Assembly (NCBI GenBank): GCA_964541235.1
Contig: CAZIPI010000013.1
Location: 2,036 to 66,035, forward strand
Length of the DNA stretch: 64,000 bases
Reading direction: 5' to 3'
Source: an uncultured bacterium
GTDB lineage: Bacteria; Fermentibacterota; Fermentibacteria; Fermentibacterales; JCC-6
The position numbers and the translations under genes are program-made. Below the pieces are notes generated by a model. That model worked only from the letters and a program-made list of their open reading frames with translations, ran no database searches and had not been told where the DNA came from. The first letter of the stretch is position 1. Every line of letters starts with the position of its first letter. Positions 8,605 through 18,100 of the stretch are shown piece after piece.

Positions 8605-10080
8605 ATGGCACTACCAGGCACATTAGAGTTCGAGCGCGTAATTAAACGCACGCGGCTTACGCCCCAGGCCATCGAAGTTCTGAAGCAGCGCTTCCCGGAC
8701 GTATCCGATCCGGTAAGGAAGTGGTTGCCCGGAAAACCCCGGTGGGAGAGGGTGCTTCCGGACCTGGACGTTCTCACTGCGGAACTCCGGTCCCTCAGGA
8801 AGCGCAGGGGCAAGGTGGTGCTTTACGGGCACGACGACATGGACGGGATCACCGGGCTGTTCATCGGCCTGAGGATCCTGCGCAACGAGGGTTACACCGT
8901 GGTTCCCATCATCCCCAGACGGGAGATAGAGACCTACGGCATCCGGCCCGGCCGGCTTCAGGGCGTTCTGGAGCCCGGCGACCTGCTTCTTACGGTAGAT
9001 TACGGCTGCAGTGCCGTGGAGGGGGTGGCGTGGGCCGTCCGCAACGGGTCCAGGGTGGTCATCACCGATCACCACATGCTCAATCCTCCGCTGCCCGAGG
9101 CCCACGGCATTATTGATCCCCAGGCGGGAGGCCCTCCCGGCGCCGATCTGGCAGGCTGCGGCGTTCTCTACGCCGCACTCACCTCCATCTTCCCAAGGTA
9201 CGAGAACGATCCCCAGCTGCTTGCGGCCACCGCCCTGGGAACCATCAGCGACAGGGTCCCTCTCTCCGAGTGGAACCGTTACCTGCTTCACTGTTTCTCC
9301 CTGATCAGGACCGAGCACCTTACGGAGGGGCTGAAGCTCCTCATGGAGGAGTGGCCTTGCCGTGAGACCCACTGGACCGGTTCCATGGTCCGCTCGCACA
9401 TCACCAGCACAGTCGGGAAGGGGTGCAACTCGGGCATCTCCAACATGCTGGACCTTCTCTTCAGCTACGACCGCCGCTGGTGCAGGGAACAATGGAAACA
9501 GATGCTCAAGAGCAGCGAGGAGAGGGGCCAGCTGCTCAGCGAACTGGTGGGCCGGGCCATAAACCTCAAGGACCCCGAGGCGGACGCATTCGGCATGATC
9601 CTGGTCTTCATGGACGACATCCCCTCAGGCATGGGCGGAACACTGGCCAGCCGCCTCTGCAGGATACACCGCAGGGGCACCATAGTCGTTACCAGACGCG
9701 AGGACGGCATGCTGGTCGGCGACACCCGCTCGGTGGGTGACTGGAACATGGCAGGGTTCCTGGTGAGCATGAGGGACGTGTTCTCCAGTGCGGGAGGCCA
9801 CTACCGGGCGGCTGGGTTCAGCTATGAAAGCCCGGACTGGCCCTCCCTAAGGGAACTCCTCATGAGCAACATGGCCGAGTACCCCACAAGCCCGGTGCCC
9901 TCACCCCATATAGACCTTCACCTGGAAGAGCTTCCCGACCCCAGGGTGTTCACGTGCCTGGCACCCTTCGGCCCCGGCTTCCTTCCTGTCGCGCTCAAGA
10001 TTGGAAGCATGCGCTACCTTCTTCAGCTGCACCAGAACGGCCAGGCCACCTGGTGCATAACCGAGGACAGCGGGGAATGA
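8605..10080 (+). CDS. recJ: RecJ-like DHH/DHHA1 phosphoesterase (single-stranded DNA exonuclease family)
   Basis: DHH motifs HDDMDGITG, TVDYGCS, ITDHHM, LAGCGVLY and ALGTISDRVPL; DHHA1 motif GGHYRAAGFS. ATG 8605 is preceded by GGAGG and an AT-rich stretch. Confidence 0.75.
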   Translation: MALPGTLEFERVIKRTRLTPQAIEVLKQRFPDVSDPVRKWLPGKPRWERVLPDLDVLTAELRSLRKRRGKVVLYGHDDMDGITGLFIGLRILRNEGYTVVPIIPRREIETYGIRPGRLQGVLEPGDLLLTVDYGCSAVEGVAWAVRNGSRVVITDHHMLNPPLPEAHGIIDPQAGGPPGADLAGCGVLYAALTSIFPRYENDPQLLAATALGTISDRVPLSEWNRYLLHCFSLIRTEHLTEGLKLLMEEWPCRETHWTGSMVRSHITSTVGKGCNSGISNMLDLLFSYDRRWCREQWKQMLKSSEERGQLLSELVGRAINLKDPEADAFGMILVFMDDIPSGMGGTLASRLCRIHRRGTIVVTRREDGMLVGDTRSVGDWNMAGFLVSMRDVFSSAGGHYRAAGFSYESPDWPSLRELLMSNMAEYPTSPVPSPHIDLHLEELPDPRVFTCLAPFGPGFLPVALKIGSMRYLLQLHQNGQATWCITEDSGE

Positions 10081-11027
10081 CGAACCTGGTCACCGGCGCT
10101 GCAGGTTTCATCGGAAGCCGGTTGTGCTCCATCCTGCTTGCAGACGGACAGAAGGTGGTGGGTGTGGACTGCCTGAGGGACTATTACGACCCCGCCATCA
10201 AGCGCCGCAATGTGAAGGAGCTGCTTTCCTCACCTTCCTTTGTCTTTTCGCAGGGCGACCTGTCCCTCGGAACCGGGTTTCTCGACGAACTCCTGCCCCG
10301 TGATGAACCGATCGTCGTGCTCCATCTGGCTGCCCGGGCCGGTGTGAGGACATCATGGGGGGGCGACTTCCCGCACTACACCCGGGACAACGTAACCTCA
10401 ACACAGATGCTCCTTGAATGGGCGGTATCCCGGGGAAGCATCCTTCACTTCGTGTACGCCTCCTCCTCTTCGGTCTATGGGATGTCCGGGGATCTTCCCA
10501 TGAAGGAGGATCTCACCGTGCCAGTCCCCCATTCGCCGTACGGAGTCACAAAGCTCGCCGGAGAGAACCTTGTGCGGCTGTACGGAGACAACTGCGGTCT
10601 TACATGGACGGCCCTGAGGCTGTTCACCGTTTTTGGTCCCGGCCAGAGACCCGACATGGCGTTCCACCGTTTCATCATGGACGCTCTGGCGGGGAGGCCG
10701 ATAACCCTCTACGGCAACGGCACCCAGACCAGGGATTTCACCTTCGTTGACGACATCGTCAGGGGGATGCTTCTTGCACGGGATGCCAGGGGAGGGCTGG
10801 TGATCAACCTGGCGGGCGGGGTGCGCGTTTCGATGAACCGTATCCTGGAGATCCTTCAGAACACTCTGGGAAGACACATCGATGTGAACCGCCTTGCGGC
10901 CCAACCCGGAGACGTGCCGGACACCTGGGCCTGCACTGACAGGGCTCGCACCATTCTGGGGTGGAGTCCGGAATACACCCTTGAGGAGGGTCTGGCCCTG
11001 GAGGCCGCCTGGCTCAGGTCACTCTGA
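10077..11027 (+). CDS. NAD-dependent nucleotide-sugar epimerase/dehydratase (SDR family)
   Basis: GAAGFIGSRL Rossmann motif, SSSSVYG and catalytic YGVTK. ATG 10077 overlaps the recJ-like stop (ATGA). Confidence 0.85.
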   Translation: MTNLVTGAAGFIGSRLCSILLADGQKVVGVDCLRDYYDPAIKRRNVKELLSSPSFVFSQGDLSLGTGFLDELLPRDEPIVVLHLAARAGVRTSWGGDFPHYTRDNVTSTQMLLEWAVSRGSILHFVYASSSSVYGMSGDLPMKEDLTVPVPHSPYGVTKLAGENLVRLYGDNCGLTWTALRLFTVFGPGQRPDMAFHRFIMDALAGRPITLYGNGTQTRDFTFVDDIVRGMLLARDARGGLVINLAGGVRVSMNRILEILQNTLGRHIDVNRLAAQPGDVPDTWACTDRARTILGWSPEYTLEEGLALEAAWLRSL

Positions 11028-11408
11028 CCCTGTCACGACCTGCAGGTGGACCTCGTTGCTCCAGCTGGTGAGGTTGTCGTCGTTCTCGGTCTGCACCGCG
11101 TAGTACCAGTGCCCGGGGGCGAGGCCCTGGTCGAGGAACGACCTGTTGTCCACATTCTCGGTGGAGAGAAGTATCGTCGCCTGGTCAGGTTTCTGCTGTA
11201 TCCCCGGTGACCCCGAACGGTACAGCCTGTACCTGAGGAAGTTGGCGTCGGGGCACCTGGTCCAGTTCAGCTCGGCGTTGACCCCGCTAACAATCCTGCC
11301 GTTCAGGGCCGATGGCCCGGGGGGTACTGGCGGTTCAGTGGGATTGCCCTGCCTGCACCCCGCAAGGAGGGTCAGGGCTGCCACGGAAAGGGTGAGAAGC
11401 CTTTTCAT
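11019..11408 (-). CDS. Small lipoprotein with one Fn3-like domain
   Basis: Lipobox LLAGC. LNWTRCPDANFLRYRLYRS...WYYAVQTENDDNLTSWSNEV is paralogous to the N-terminal domain of the 11430-13019 protein. Its 3' end overlaps the convergent epimerase gene by 9 nt. Confidence 0.6.
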   Translation of the reverse strand: MKRLLTLSVAALTLLAGCRQGNPTEPPVPPGPSALNGRIVSGVNAELNWTRCPDANFLRYRLYRSGSPGIQQKPDQATILLSTENVDNRSFLDQGLAPGHWYYAVQTENDDNLTSWSNEVHLQVVTGSE

Positions 11409-11429
11409 CGAAGATACCGCCGGATCACC

Positions 11430-13019
11430 CTAGTCCTGGATGTCATCAAGGTTCCTCGGTTCCAGTTTGAAGCTGCTGAACGAGTACCATACGACCCCTG
11501 TCATGGAGGAGAACTGCTGCCCCTGTGAGACGGTGAACCCGTAGATGCCCATGTCATCAACCACGCAGGCGCCGGTGCCGTCAGTCACACTGAACTCGCC
11601 GTAGCCCAGGTCGGGGTTGACCACGGTCAGGTCGGCCATCCTCACCAGTACCCCCTCCCATTTCTCCTGTGAAAGGGAACCTGTGGCGATGGACTGGGGC
11701 TGTGGAACCGGGTGGCCGGGCTGTCTGAAAACCACTGATGGGTTGGTGATCTCGGTGAGGCCGTAGTATTCCGCAACGGTGCCTGCTATCACAACGCTGT
11801 CGCCCCTGGCCAGCTGGTCAAGAACGCCGTCGTAGCCGAAGATGACAAGGCCGCTCCATTCCGTGCCGCCCTTGTCCTGGATCACGGCGTACTGAGAACT
11901 TCCGGCGGAGTAGTACTCGCTGCCGCCCACTGTCACCACTCCCGTAACGCTCACGGACTGGCCCTCGTAGGGAGAACTTCCTGCCTGCCCCTGGACCTGG
12001 TAGCATGTCAGCACGTCCCCGCCTCCACCGCCGCCGCTTATGACCACATCCTGCTGGTCACGGGGCTGGATCCTCCACTGGTCGAACTCGTAGAAAAGGG
12101 GACCGGTGGCGGTGACGGTGTCACCCGCCGAGGGTTCGCTGTAGTCGCCCCTGTTTCCCAGATAGCACGGACCTGTGCCGTCGTTGATCCGGTAGCTGTA
12201 CTGGGTGGCGTTCTCCACCACCGCATCGGTCACCTTGACAAGAACCCCCTCCCACTTCTCGTCGTTCACTCCGCTGGTGGTCAGGCTCGCAGGTACAGGC
12301 AGGGCAAGGCCGGTCTTGTGAACGGTTATGTCCTCAAGGTAAGTAAGCTCGGTCATACCGTAGTACTCGCTCACCTCTCCGGTGACGCTGATGCTGTCGC
12401 CCCTGCTCACGGTGGATGCCTGGTCGCCGAATATCACCAGACCGCTCCATGGCCCGCCGGCGGCATCTCCCAGAACTGCGAAACCACCGTACAGCTCACC
12501 TCCGCCTGCGGTCACTATCCCGGTGACCCTCACCACCTGCCCCTGGTAGGGCGAGCTTTCCGCCTGCCCCTGGACCTGGTAGCAGGACAGCTCGTCACAC
12601 CCTCCCCCGCCGCTGGAGTCGGGGACGGAGACCGGCACTTCGTTGCTCCAGGAGACAAGGGCTTCGCTGTCAGTGGTTCTCAGGGCGTAGAACCAGTTGG
12701 AGTTCCAGGGAAGGCCGGGGTCTGACGCCGTGACGGTACCGGGCTGGCTTATGACAGTGACAACGGTGGCGGACGATGGGTTTTGGGCGATCCCGGATGT
12801 GGAGCTGCGGAAGAGCGTGTAATCCGAGAAGTCGCTGTCGGGACACGGGGTCCAGCTCAGGGTGGCGTTGTTCCCGGCCAGGACCGATGCCAGGACCGAA
12901 GGTGAAGGGGGTACACCGGTTCCCGCGGGGTTGGTCTCGTCATCGCCGCATGCGACGAAGAGAGCCATGGCTGCCATTACCGGTATCAGAGCTCTTCCAT
13001 TGAACATCAGTGCCTCCAT
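11430..13019 (-). CDS. Lipoprotein: Fn3-like domain plus two tandem ExeM/NucH-N-terminal-like (OB/beta-sandwich) modules, no catalytic domain
   Basis: Lipobox LFVAC. Fn3-like LSWTPCPDSDFSDYTLFRS...WFYALRTTD. Two 193-aa repeats each start CYQVQGQA(E/G)SSPY and contain V(R/S)VTG(I/V)VT..., GLVIFG, GDS(I/V)..(T/A)G(E/T)V(S/A)EYYG(M/L)TE(L/I)T and EKWEGVLV. Confidence 0.65.
   Translation of the reverse strand: MEALMFNGRALIPVMAAMALFVACGDDETNPAGTGVPPSPSVLASVLAGNNATLSWTPCPDSDFSDYTLFRSSTSGIAQNPSSATVVTVISQPGTVTASDPGLPWNSNWFYALRTTDSEALVSWSNEVPVSVPDSSGGGGCDELSCYQVQGQAESSPYQGQVVRVTGIVTAGGGELYGGFAVLGDAAGGPWSGLVIFGDQASTVSRGDSISVTGEVSEYYGMTELTYLEDITVHKTGLALPVPASLTTSGVNDEKWEGVLVKVTDAVVENATQYSYRINDGTGPCYLGNRGDYSEPSAGDTVTATGPLFYEFDQWRIQPRDQQDVVISGGGGGGDVLTCYQVQGQAGSSPYEGQSVSVTGVVTVGGSEYYSAGSSQYAVIQDKGGTEWSGLVIFGYDGVLDQLARGDSVVIAGTVAEYYGLTEITNPSVVFRQPGHPVPQPQSIATGSLSQEKWEGVLVRMADLTVVNPDLGYGEFSVTDGTGACVVDDMGIYGFTVSQGQQFSSMTGVVWYSFSSFKLEPRNLDDIQD
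11433..12611 (-). repeat. Intragenic tandem duplication (two modules, period 579 nt)
   Basis: Exact 23-nt repeat gcctgcccctggacctggtagca at 11983-12005 and 12562-12584. The protein modules are colinear over about 190 aa. Confidence 0.8.
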
Positions 13020-13714
13020 GACATGGGGAAATCTACAGCGACGACCCTGTACCTCAGGTCCGGCCCCTCGAAGCCGGGCTGCATTACGTTCAGCACCACC
13101 AGAAGGGTGCTGCTGTTCAGGCGTATGACCTTGGCGATCCTGTATGCGAATGACAACCTGTGCTCTTCCGGTGCGGAACCCTCCCTGAAGAGAAGGGCCG
13201 TTGACCTGCCGTCGGTGATGGTGAGCCTGGGCAGCACGGGAGACGGGAACCAGTCCTGCTCCTGTTCGGCCACCGCCGAGGGCGTCTGCTCCAGCACCAT
13301 GGTGTAGGTGACGCCCGGATACCAGGTGTAGTAGGTCTCCATGGCGAACACCACCGTGTCCGGCGGCACTCCGGCATCGGTGAGCTTATGGTCTATAAGA
13401 ATGTGACCGCCGTACTCAGGCCGGATCCCAAGCCTTGCAAGGGAGCCCGAGGCGAGGACCATGGCGCTGTCGGGTGCGGCATCGCCGTCTGCTGATCCAT
13501 CGGTGATCACAACCTGGTGCCTCTCCAGTACCCGGTAGGGTGAGGTGGCGAGTATCTCCGCGACAGCCCAGGGAAAACCGCTCCCGTCCTGCACCCCGAA
13601 AGACATCCAGGCGGCATGGGATTTGCTTCGCGATGCCCCGAGATACCTGAAGGAAGCGGAATCCATGGACCACAGCGAAACCGTTATCACAAAGGCGGCA
13701 AGCAGAGACTTCAT
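13007..13714 (-). CDS. Secreted hypothetical protein (first gene of the 13714-11019 operon)
   Basis: ATG 13714 lies 4 nt after GGAGGG. Signal-like MKSLLAAFVITVSLWS. Its stop overlaps the start of the 11430-13019 gene by 13 nt. No recognisable domain. Confidence 0.5.
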   Translation of the reverse strand: MKSLLAAFVITVSLWSMDSASFRYLGASRSKSHAAWMSFGVQDGSGFPWAVAEILATSPYRVLERHQVVITDGSADGDAAPDSAMVLASGSLARLGIRPEYGGHILIDHKLTDAGVPPDTVVFAMETYYTWYPGVTYTMVLEQTPSAVAEQEQDWFPSPVLPRLTITDGRSTALLFREGSAPEEHRLSFAYRIAKVIRLNSSTLLVVLNVMQPGFEGPDLRYRVVAVDFPMSWRH

Positions 13715-13729
13715 CGATCCCTCCAACGG

Positions 13730-13757
13730 TTGTCCACAGGGGGCAATATGATATGAT
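13730..13757 (+). promoter_or_regulatory. Candidate sigma-70-type promoter for the 13795 gene
   Basis: TTGTCC (13730-13735), 16-nt spacer, TATGAT (13752-13757), about 35 nt upstream of the RBS-supported ATG at 13795. Confidence 0.35.
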
Positions 13758-13794
13758 AATGCAACTCGAAGCGAACACATGGAAAGGGGTGTGC

Positions 13795-14382
13795 ATGAAC
13801 ATGATCCCTGCCGTGCGGGAACCGGCCAGCATCGCGCCTTTCTTCAAGGCTCTGGCCCGGACCACCGTTCCGGGCAAGGTTGATGCCAATTTCATGGCGG
13901 GCATCGGTTTTCGCAGGCAGTCCGATGACAGGCTCCTTGAGCTTCTCAAATTCCTTGGTTTCATGGACGGCTCGTTCCAGCCCACGGACCTGTGGAGAAG
14001 CTACTTCTCCGCACCCGAGGAGGAGACGAAGCTCGCCATACTTGGCGGGGCGGTGGCTGAAAGGTACGCCGAAGCCATTAGAACGGGATGGTGCCGGGAA
14101 TCGTCGAGGTTGAACGGCAAAGCGGTGATGGCCTTCTTCAAGGGCGAGACCGGAGCCGGAGAGACCGAAACCGCGTACATGGTCCTCACGCTCCAGATAC
14201 TGCTTGACCTCACTGGAGTCGGCTGCAGCCTTCCGGAGAATGCCCCTGCCGTGGAGCCCGAGTCCGGGGCTCAGGAATCGAAGCCGGTCACGATAACGCT
14301 TAACATATCCCTGGACCCTGACGCAGACCCGGAGACCGCTGAACTCCTGAAACTGCTTCTCAGGAGGGCGCTGAAGCAGTGA
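13795..14382 (+). CDS. Hypothetical protein, possibly DUF5343-like
   Basis: ATG 13795 lies 5 nt after GGAAAGGGG. N-terminal PFFKALARTTVPGKVDANFMAGIGFRRQSDDRLLELLKFLGFMD resembles DUF5343 members as I recall them (unverified). Stop overlaps the next gene's start (GTGA). Confidence 0.45.
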   Translation: MNMIPAVREPASIAPFFKALARTTVPGKVDANFMAGIGFRRQSDDRLLELLKFLGFMDGSFQPTDLWRSYFSAPEEETKLAILGGAVAERYAEAIRTGWCRESSRLNGKAVMAFFKGETGAGETETAYMVLTLQILLDLTGVGCSLPENAPAVEPESGAQESKPVTITLNISLDPDADPETAELLKLLLRRALKQ

Positions 14383-15191
14383 GCATGCTCCATGCCGCCC
14401 TTGTGTTCGGGCTGGCCTTCGTCTGCGAGTTCATCGACAGCACCCTGGGGATGGGGTACGGGACCACCCTCACACCGGTCCTGCTTCTCATGGGGTACGG
14501 CCCTGCCCAGATAGTGCCCGCCGTTCTGCTCTCGGAACTGGTCACGGGAGGTTTCGCGGCCTTCATGCACCACAGGGCGGGCAACGCGTTCTTCGATTTC
14601 AGGAACACACCGGAACACAGGATAGTGAAGAGGATGGGAAAGCTGGGCTACCTGCCCCGGTCCAGGGACGCCCGCATAGTCTGGGTGCTGGGCGTCTGCA
14701 GCCTTGTCGGGGCAGTGGGCGCCTCCCTTGTCGCGGTTTCCATTCCGGCCTTCCACCTGAAGCTGGTGATCGGGATAATAGTGACCGGAATGGGAGTCCT
14801 CATCCTGGCCAGGCATGGGGCCGCCCCAGTCTTCAGCTGGAAAAGGATAACCGGCCTCGGGGTGGTGGCGGCCTTCAACAAGGGTCTCTCGGGGGGCGGT
14901 TACGGCCCCCTGGTCACCAGCGGCCAGATACTGAGCGGCGTGGCAACCAAGAGCGCCGTTGCCGTCACCAGCATGGCCGAGAGCTTCACCTGCCTGGTGG
15001 GGGTGCTGGCCTATCTTCTCAACGGAGCGGCGGTGGACTGGAAGGTCGCACCCCTGCTGACCCTGGGAGCAGTTCTGAGCGTCCCGTTCAGCGCCGGGGC
15101 GGTTCGACGGATGAAGGTCGGGAAGTTCACGCTCATCGTGGGAGCCGGCACGGTGATCCTGGGCCTGCTGACCCTGTACAACCTTCTCTAG
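14379..15191 (+). CDS. TauE/SafE (TSUP) family membrane transporter
   Basis: Polytopic. FVCEFIDSTLGMGYGTTLTPVLLLMGY and later GLSGGGYGPLVTSGQIL are typical of TSUP/TauE proteins. Confidence 0.8.
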   Translation: MSMLHAALVFGLAFVCEFIDSTLGMGYGTTLTPVLLLMGYGPAQIVPAVLLSELVTGGFAAFMHHRAGNAFFDFRNTPEHRIVKRMGKLGYLPRSRDARIVWVLGVCSLVGAVGASLVAVSIPAFHLKLVIGIIVTGMGVLILARHGAAPVFSWKRITGLGVVAAFNKGLSGGGYGPLVTSGQILSGVATKSAVAVTSMAESFTCLVGVLAYLLNGAAVDWKVAPLLTLGAVLSVPFSAGAVRRMKVGKFTLIVGAGTVILGLLTLYNLL

Positions 15192-18100
15192 GGGAACACC
15201 CTGGCGAGGAGGCTCCTCATCTCCATGAACGTGAACGGCTTCTGCAGGAATCCGGATATCCCCTTGCCCCGGAATCTGGCTTCCATGTCCTCGCCGCTGT
15301 AGCCGCTTATCATGATCACTTTCAGTTCCGGGTACAGGCGGCGCAGTTCCAGGCAGGTCTCAAGGCCGTCCATGCGTGGCATTGTCATGTCGAGGAGAAC
15401 CCCCCTGAAGACGCTTCCCCTGTCCCTGATCAGCTCCAGCGCCTCTATGCCGTCAGAGGCCGTCTCGACCTGGAAACCCATGAGTGAAAGCATCTTCCCG
15501 CCAAGATCCCTAAGGCTCTTCTCATCATCCACCAGAAGCAGCGCCCCATGCCCGGCCCAGGATTCGGAAGGGGAGGGTCCGCCTTCCTCGGGAACAGCAG
15601 AGGCCTGTTCCGCCAGCGGAAAGAGAACACGAACGGTGGTTCCTTCCCCGGGAGCACTGACAACCTGAATGCCTCCTCCGTGGGCCTTCATTATCCCCAG
15701 CACCGCAACCAGGCCGAGCCCCCTTCCTGCGAACTTGGTGGTGAAGAAGGGGTCGAACATCCTTGACGCTGCGTCCTCGTCCATACCGCATCCCGTATCG
15801 GCTATCTCGAGCCCGGCGTAGTCTCCGGGAAGCGGGTCCCCGCTGAACCTGTACCCCTCCAGGCTGGAACCGTCAAGGACGCATCTCACAAGAGTGACGG
15901 AGATTGTCCCCTGGTGTTCCATGAGTGACTCCGAGGCGTTGATGATCAGGTTCATCACCACCTGCCTCAACTGGGCAGGGTCACCCGCGACGAAACACCC
16001 GGATTCATCAAGGTTGAGGACCAGAGCCGCTTTCTTGGAGACCGAGGTCTTAAGAAGGTGGGCCATCTCCCGGACAAGGGATGACAGGCTCACGACTTCC
16101 ATGGAGAACGCCGCCCTGCCGGAGTATGCAAGCATCTGACGGCACAGCTCAGAGGCCCTGTGGGCGGCCAGCTCGATGTCGGAAAGGTGCTCCTGGGCCG
16201 GGGAGTCGGATGGCGCCTCTCTGGAAGCCAGTTGGGCGTTGCCCATTATGACCATGAGAATGTTGTTGAAATCGTGGGCTATCCCGCCGGCGAGAACCCC
16301 GAGGCTCTCCAGTTTCTGGGCCTGGTGGACCTGCCTCTCCAGCTTGAGCTTCTCCTCCTCCGCGGCCTTGCGGTCCGAGATGTCCCGGACGGTGACTATG
16401 AACCTGGGCTTCCCCACTATCTCCGCATAGGTGGCGTTCACCTCCACCCAGAACGTCCTTCCGGATCTGTGGCGCGCCTTCCACTGGAAGACCTGCGGGC
16501 CTTCCAGTCTCGCCCTTTCAAGGTGTGCCACTGCGTGGGCCTGGTCGTAGGGCGGTTCATCCACGCTCATTCCCGCGATACGCCTTCGGATCACCTCTTC
16601 ACGGGTGTAGCCGTACATCCGGCAAACCGTGTCGTTCACGTCGATGATCTCCATTGTTTCCGCGTCATCAACGAAAACGCCGTCGTTCATGGACTGAAAG
16701 ACGGCCTTCAGGTATTCCTCGCTTTCGCGCAGTGACCGGGCCGAGGCCCTGGCATCGGAGATGTCCAGGGCGGTGAATGTGACCCCGCGGGAAAGGTCGG
16801 CAGGGTCCAGCGGCGTGGAGCTGAGCAGAATGTCCATTATCTCGCCGGTCTTCCTTCTGAACCGGGTCTCGACGGTTCCGGCGCCCCTCTCCCGTATCTG
16901 CCTGTACTTCTCGGTTCCCACGAAATCGAAATCCTCATCCGAGGGGTAAAGGATCCTGGCGCTGCTGCCCAGCAGCTCTTCCCTGGTGTAACCGGTCATG
17001 GTGCACATGGTGGGGTTCACCTCGGTCAGGATCCTGTCCCTGACTATGCCGATCCCCACGGGGGCAGCCCGGAAAACGCTCCTGAGATAGTTCTCCCCGG
17101 CCCTCAGCTCCTCCTCCACCCGCTTCCTGTCGGTAACGTCTATGTTGAACTCGGCCACGAGCAGCTCGCCTTCGGGGCCCCTCATAGGGATCGTGTGGAC
17201 CTCCACCACCCTGCCGCCCTCGCTGAGAAGGGTGTGCTCCGCTACCTGCACCTCTCCCGTTTCAATGGCCATGGGAATGGCGCACCCGTCGCAGGGCACG
17301 TCTCTGCCCATGAAGTAGGCGTAACACTTGTGTCCGCGGGGGTCGCCGTGGAGCTTCATCCAGCCCGGGTCCACGTAGATCAGGTTGAAATCACGGTCTA
17401 TCACGTCAAGCCTGGTGTTGGTGATGTCCATTATCGTGTTCAGCCTGGAATGGGCTTCGATAAGCTGGTCCTCGGCGGCCTTTCTCTCTGTGATGTCATG
17501 CAGGGCCACCAGAACCGCGTGCTCGCCCCGGTACTCGAGCCTGGTGGTGGACATAAGCAGTGTCCTCTCCCTCTGTACACCGCCGGCCGTGAAAGAGACC
17601 GCCACCTCTTCCTGGTGATGGGGTTCGCCGCCGGTCATTGTATCAAGCACCATGTTCTTCACCGCACAATCAACGCAGTGAGGTCCATGGCCGCATCCGA
17701 GAGGGTGGTCCTGGCTGTGCACGCAGCGAAGGGCGTCGCCGCCCTTGAGCCCGGTGATCTCGGACAGAGGCCTGCCGGCGGTCTCGCAGACGTGATCGTT
17801 GGCCATGATGATCCTCATGTTCATGTCCGCCACAAGCATCAGGACGGGGGCGTTCCGGTACACCTCGGCCAGAAGGTTCCGGGTTTCCTCCCGGTCCCGG
17901 ATCGCGCTGTTCCTTTCAAGTGCGAAGGAAAGATCACGGGCGACCCCGGCGAGAAGGTCATGGACGCCCGGGTCATCACCGGAATACCCAACGAACAGCG
18001 CGCCAGGGTACCTGTCCGGGGTCTCAAAACGGCAGCCGGTCCACCGGCCGGAGACGGTGACCCCGGGTGCCTGAAGGGCGGTGCGGACGAACCCCGGCAA

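Noticed and set aside
8623-9492. Other long antisense ORFs: 8623-9492, 17195-18151, 23042-23998, 24528-25682, 31926-32795, 38118-39101, 47324-48265, 48413-49294, 57189-58061 and 60285-61262.
   Set aside because: Each lies opposite a gene with clear family motifs. The translations are Arg/Gly/Pro/His-rich without start context or an RBS. They are artefacts of high GC content.
11433-12611. Tandem DNA repeat considered as a CRISPR-like or VNTR array.
   Set aside because: There are only two units of 579 nt, in frame inside a CDS and diverged at most positions. This is a protein-domain duplication. No short regularly spaced repeats were seen anywhere in the window.
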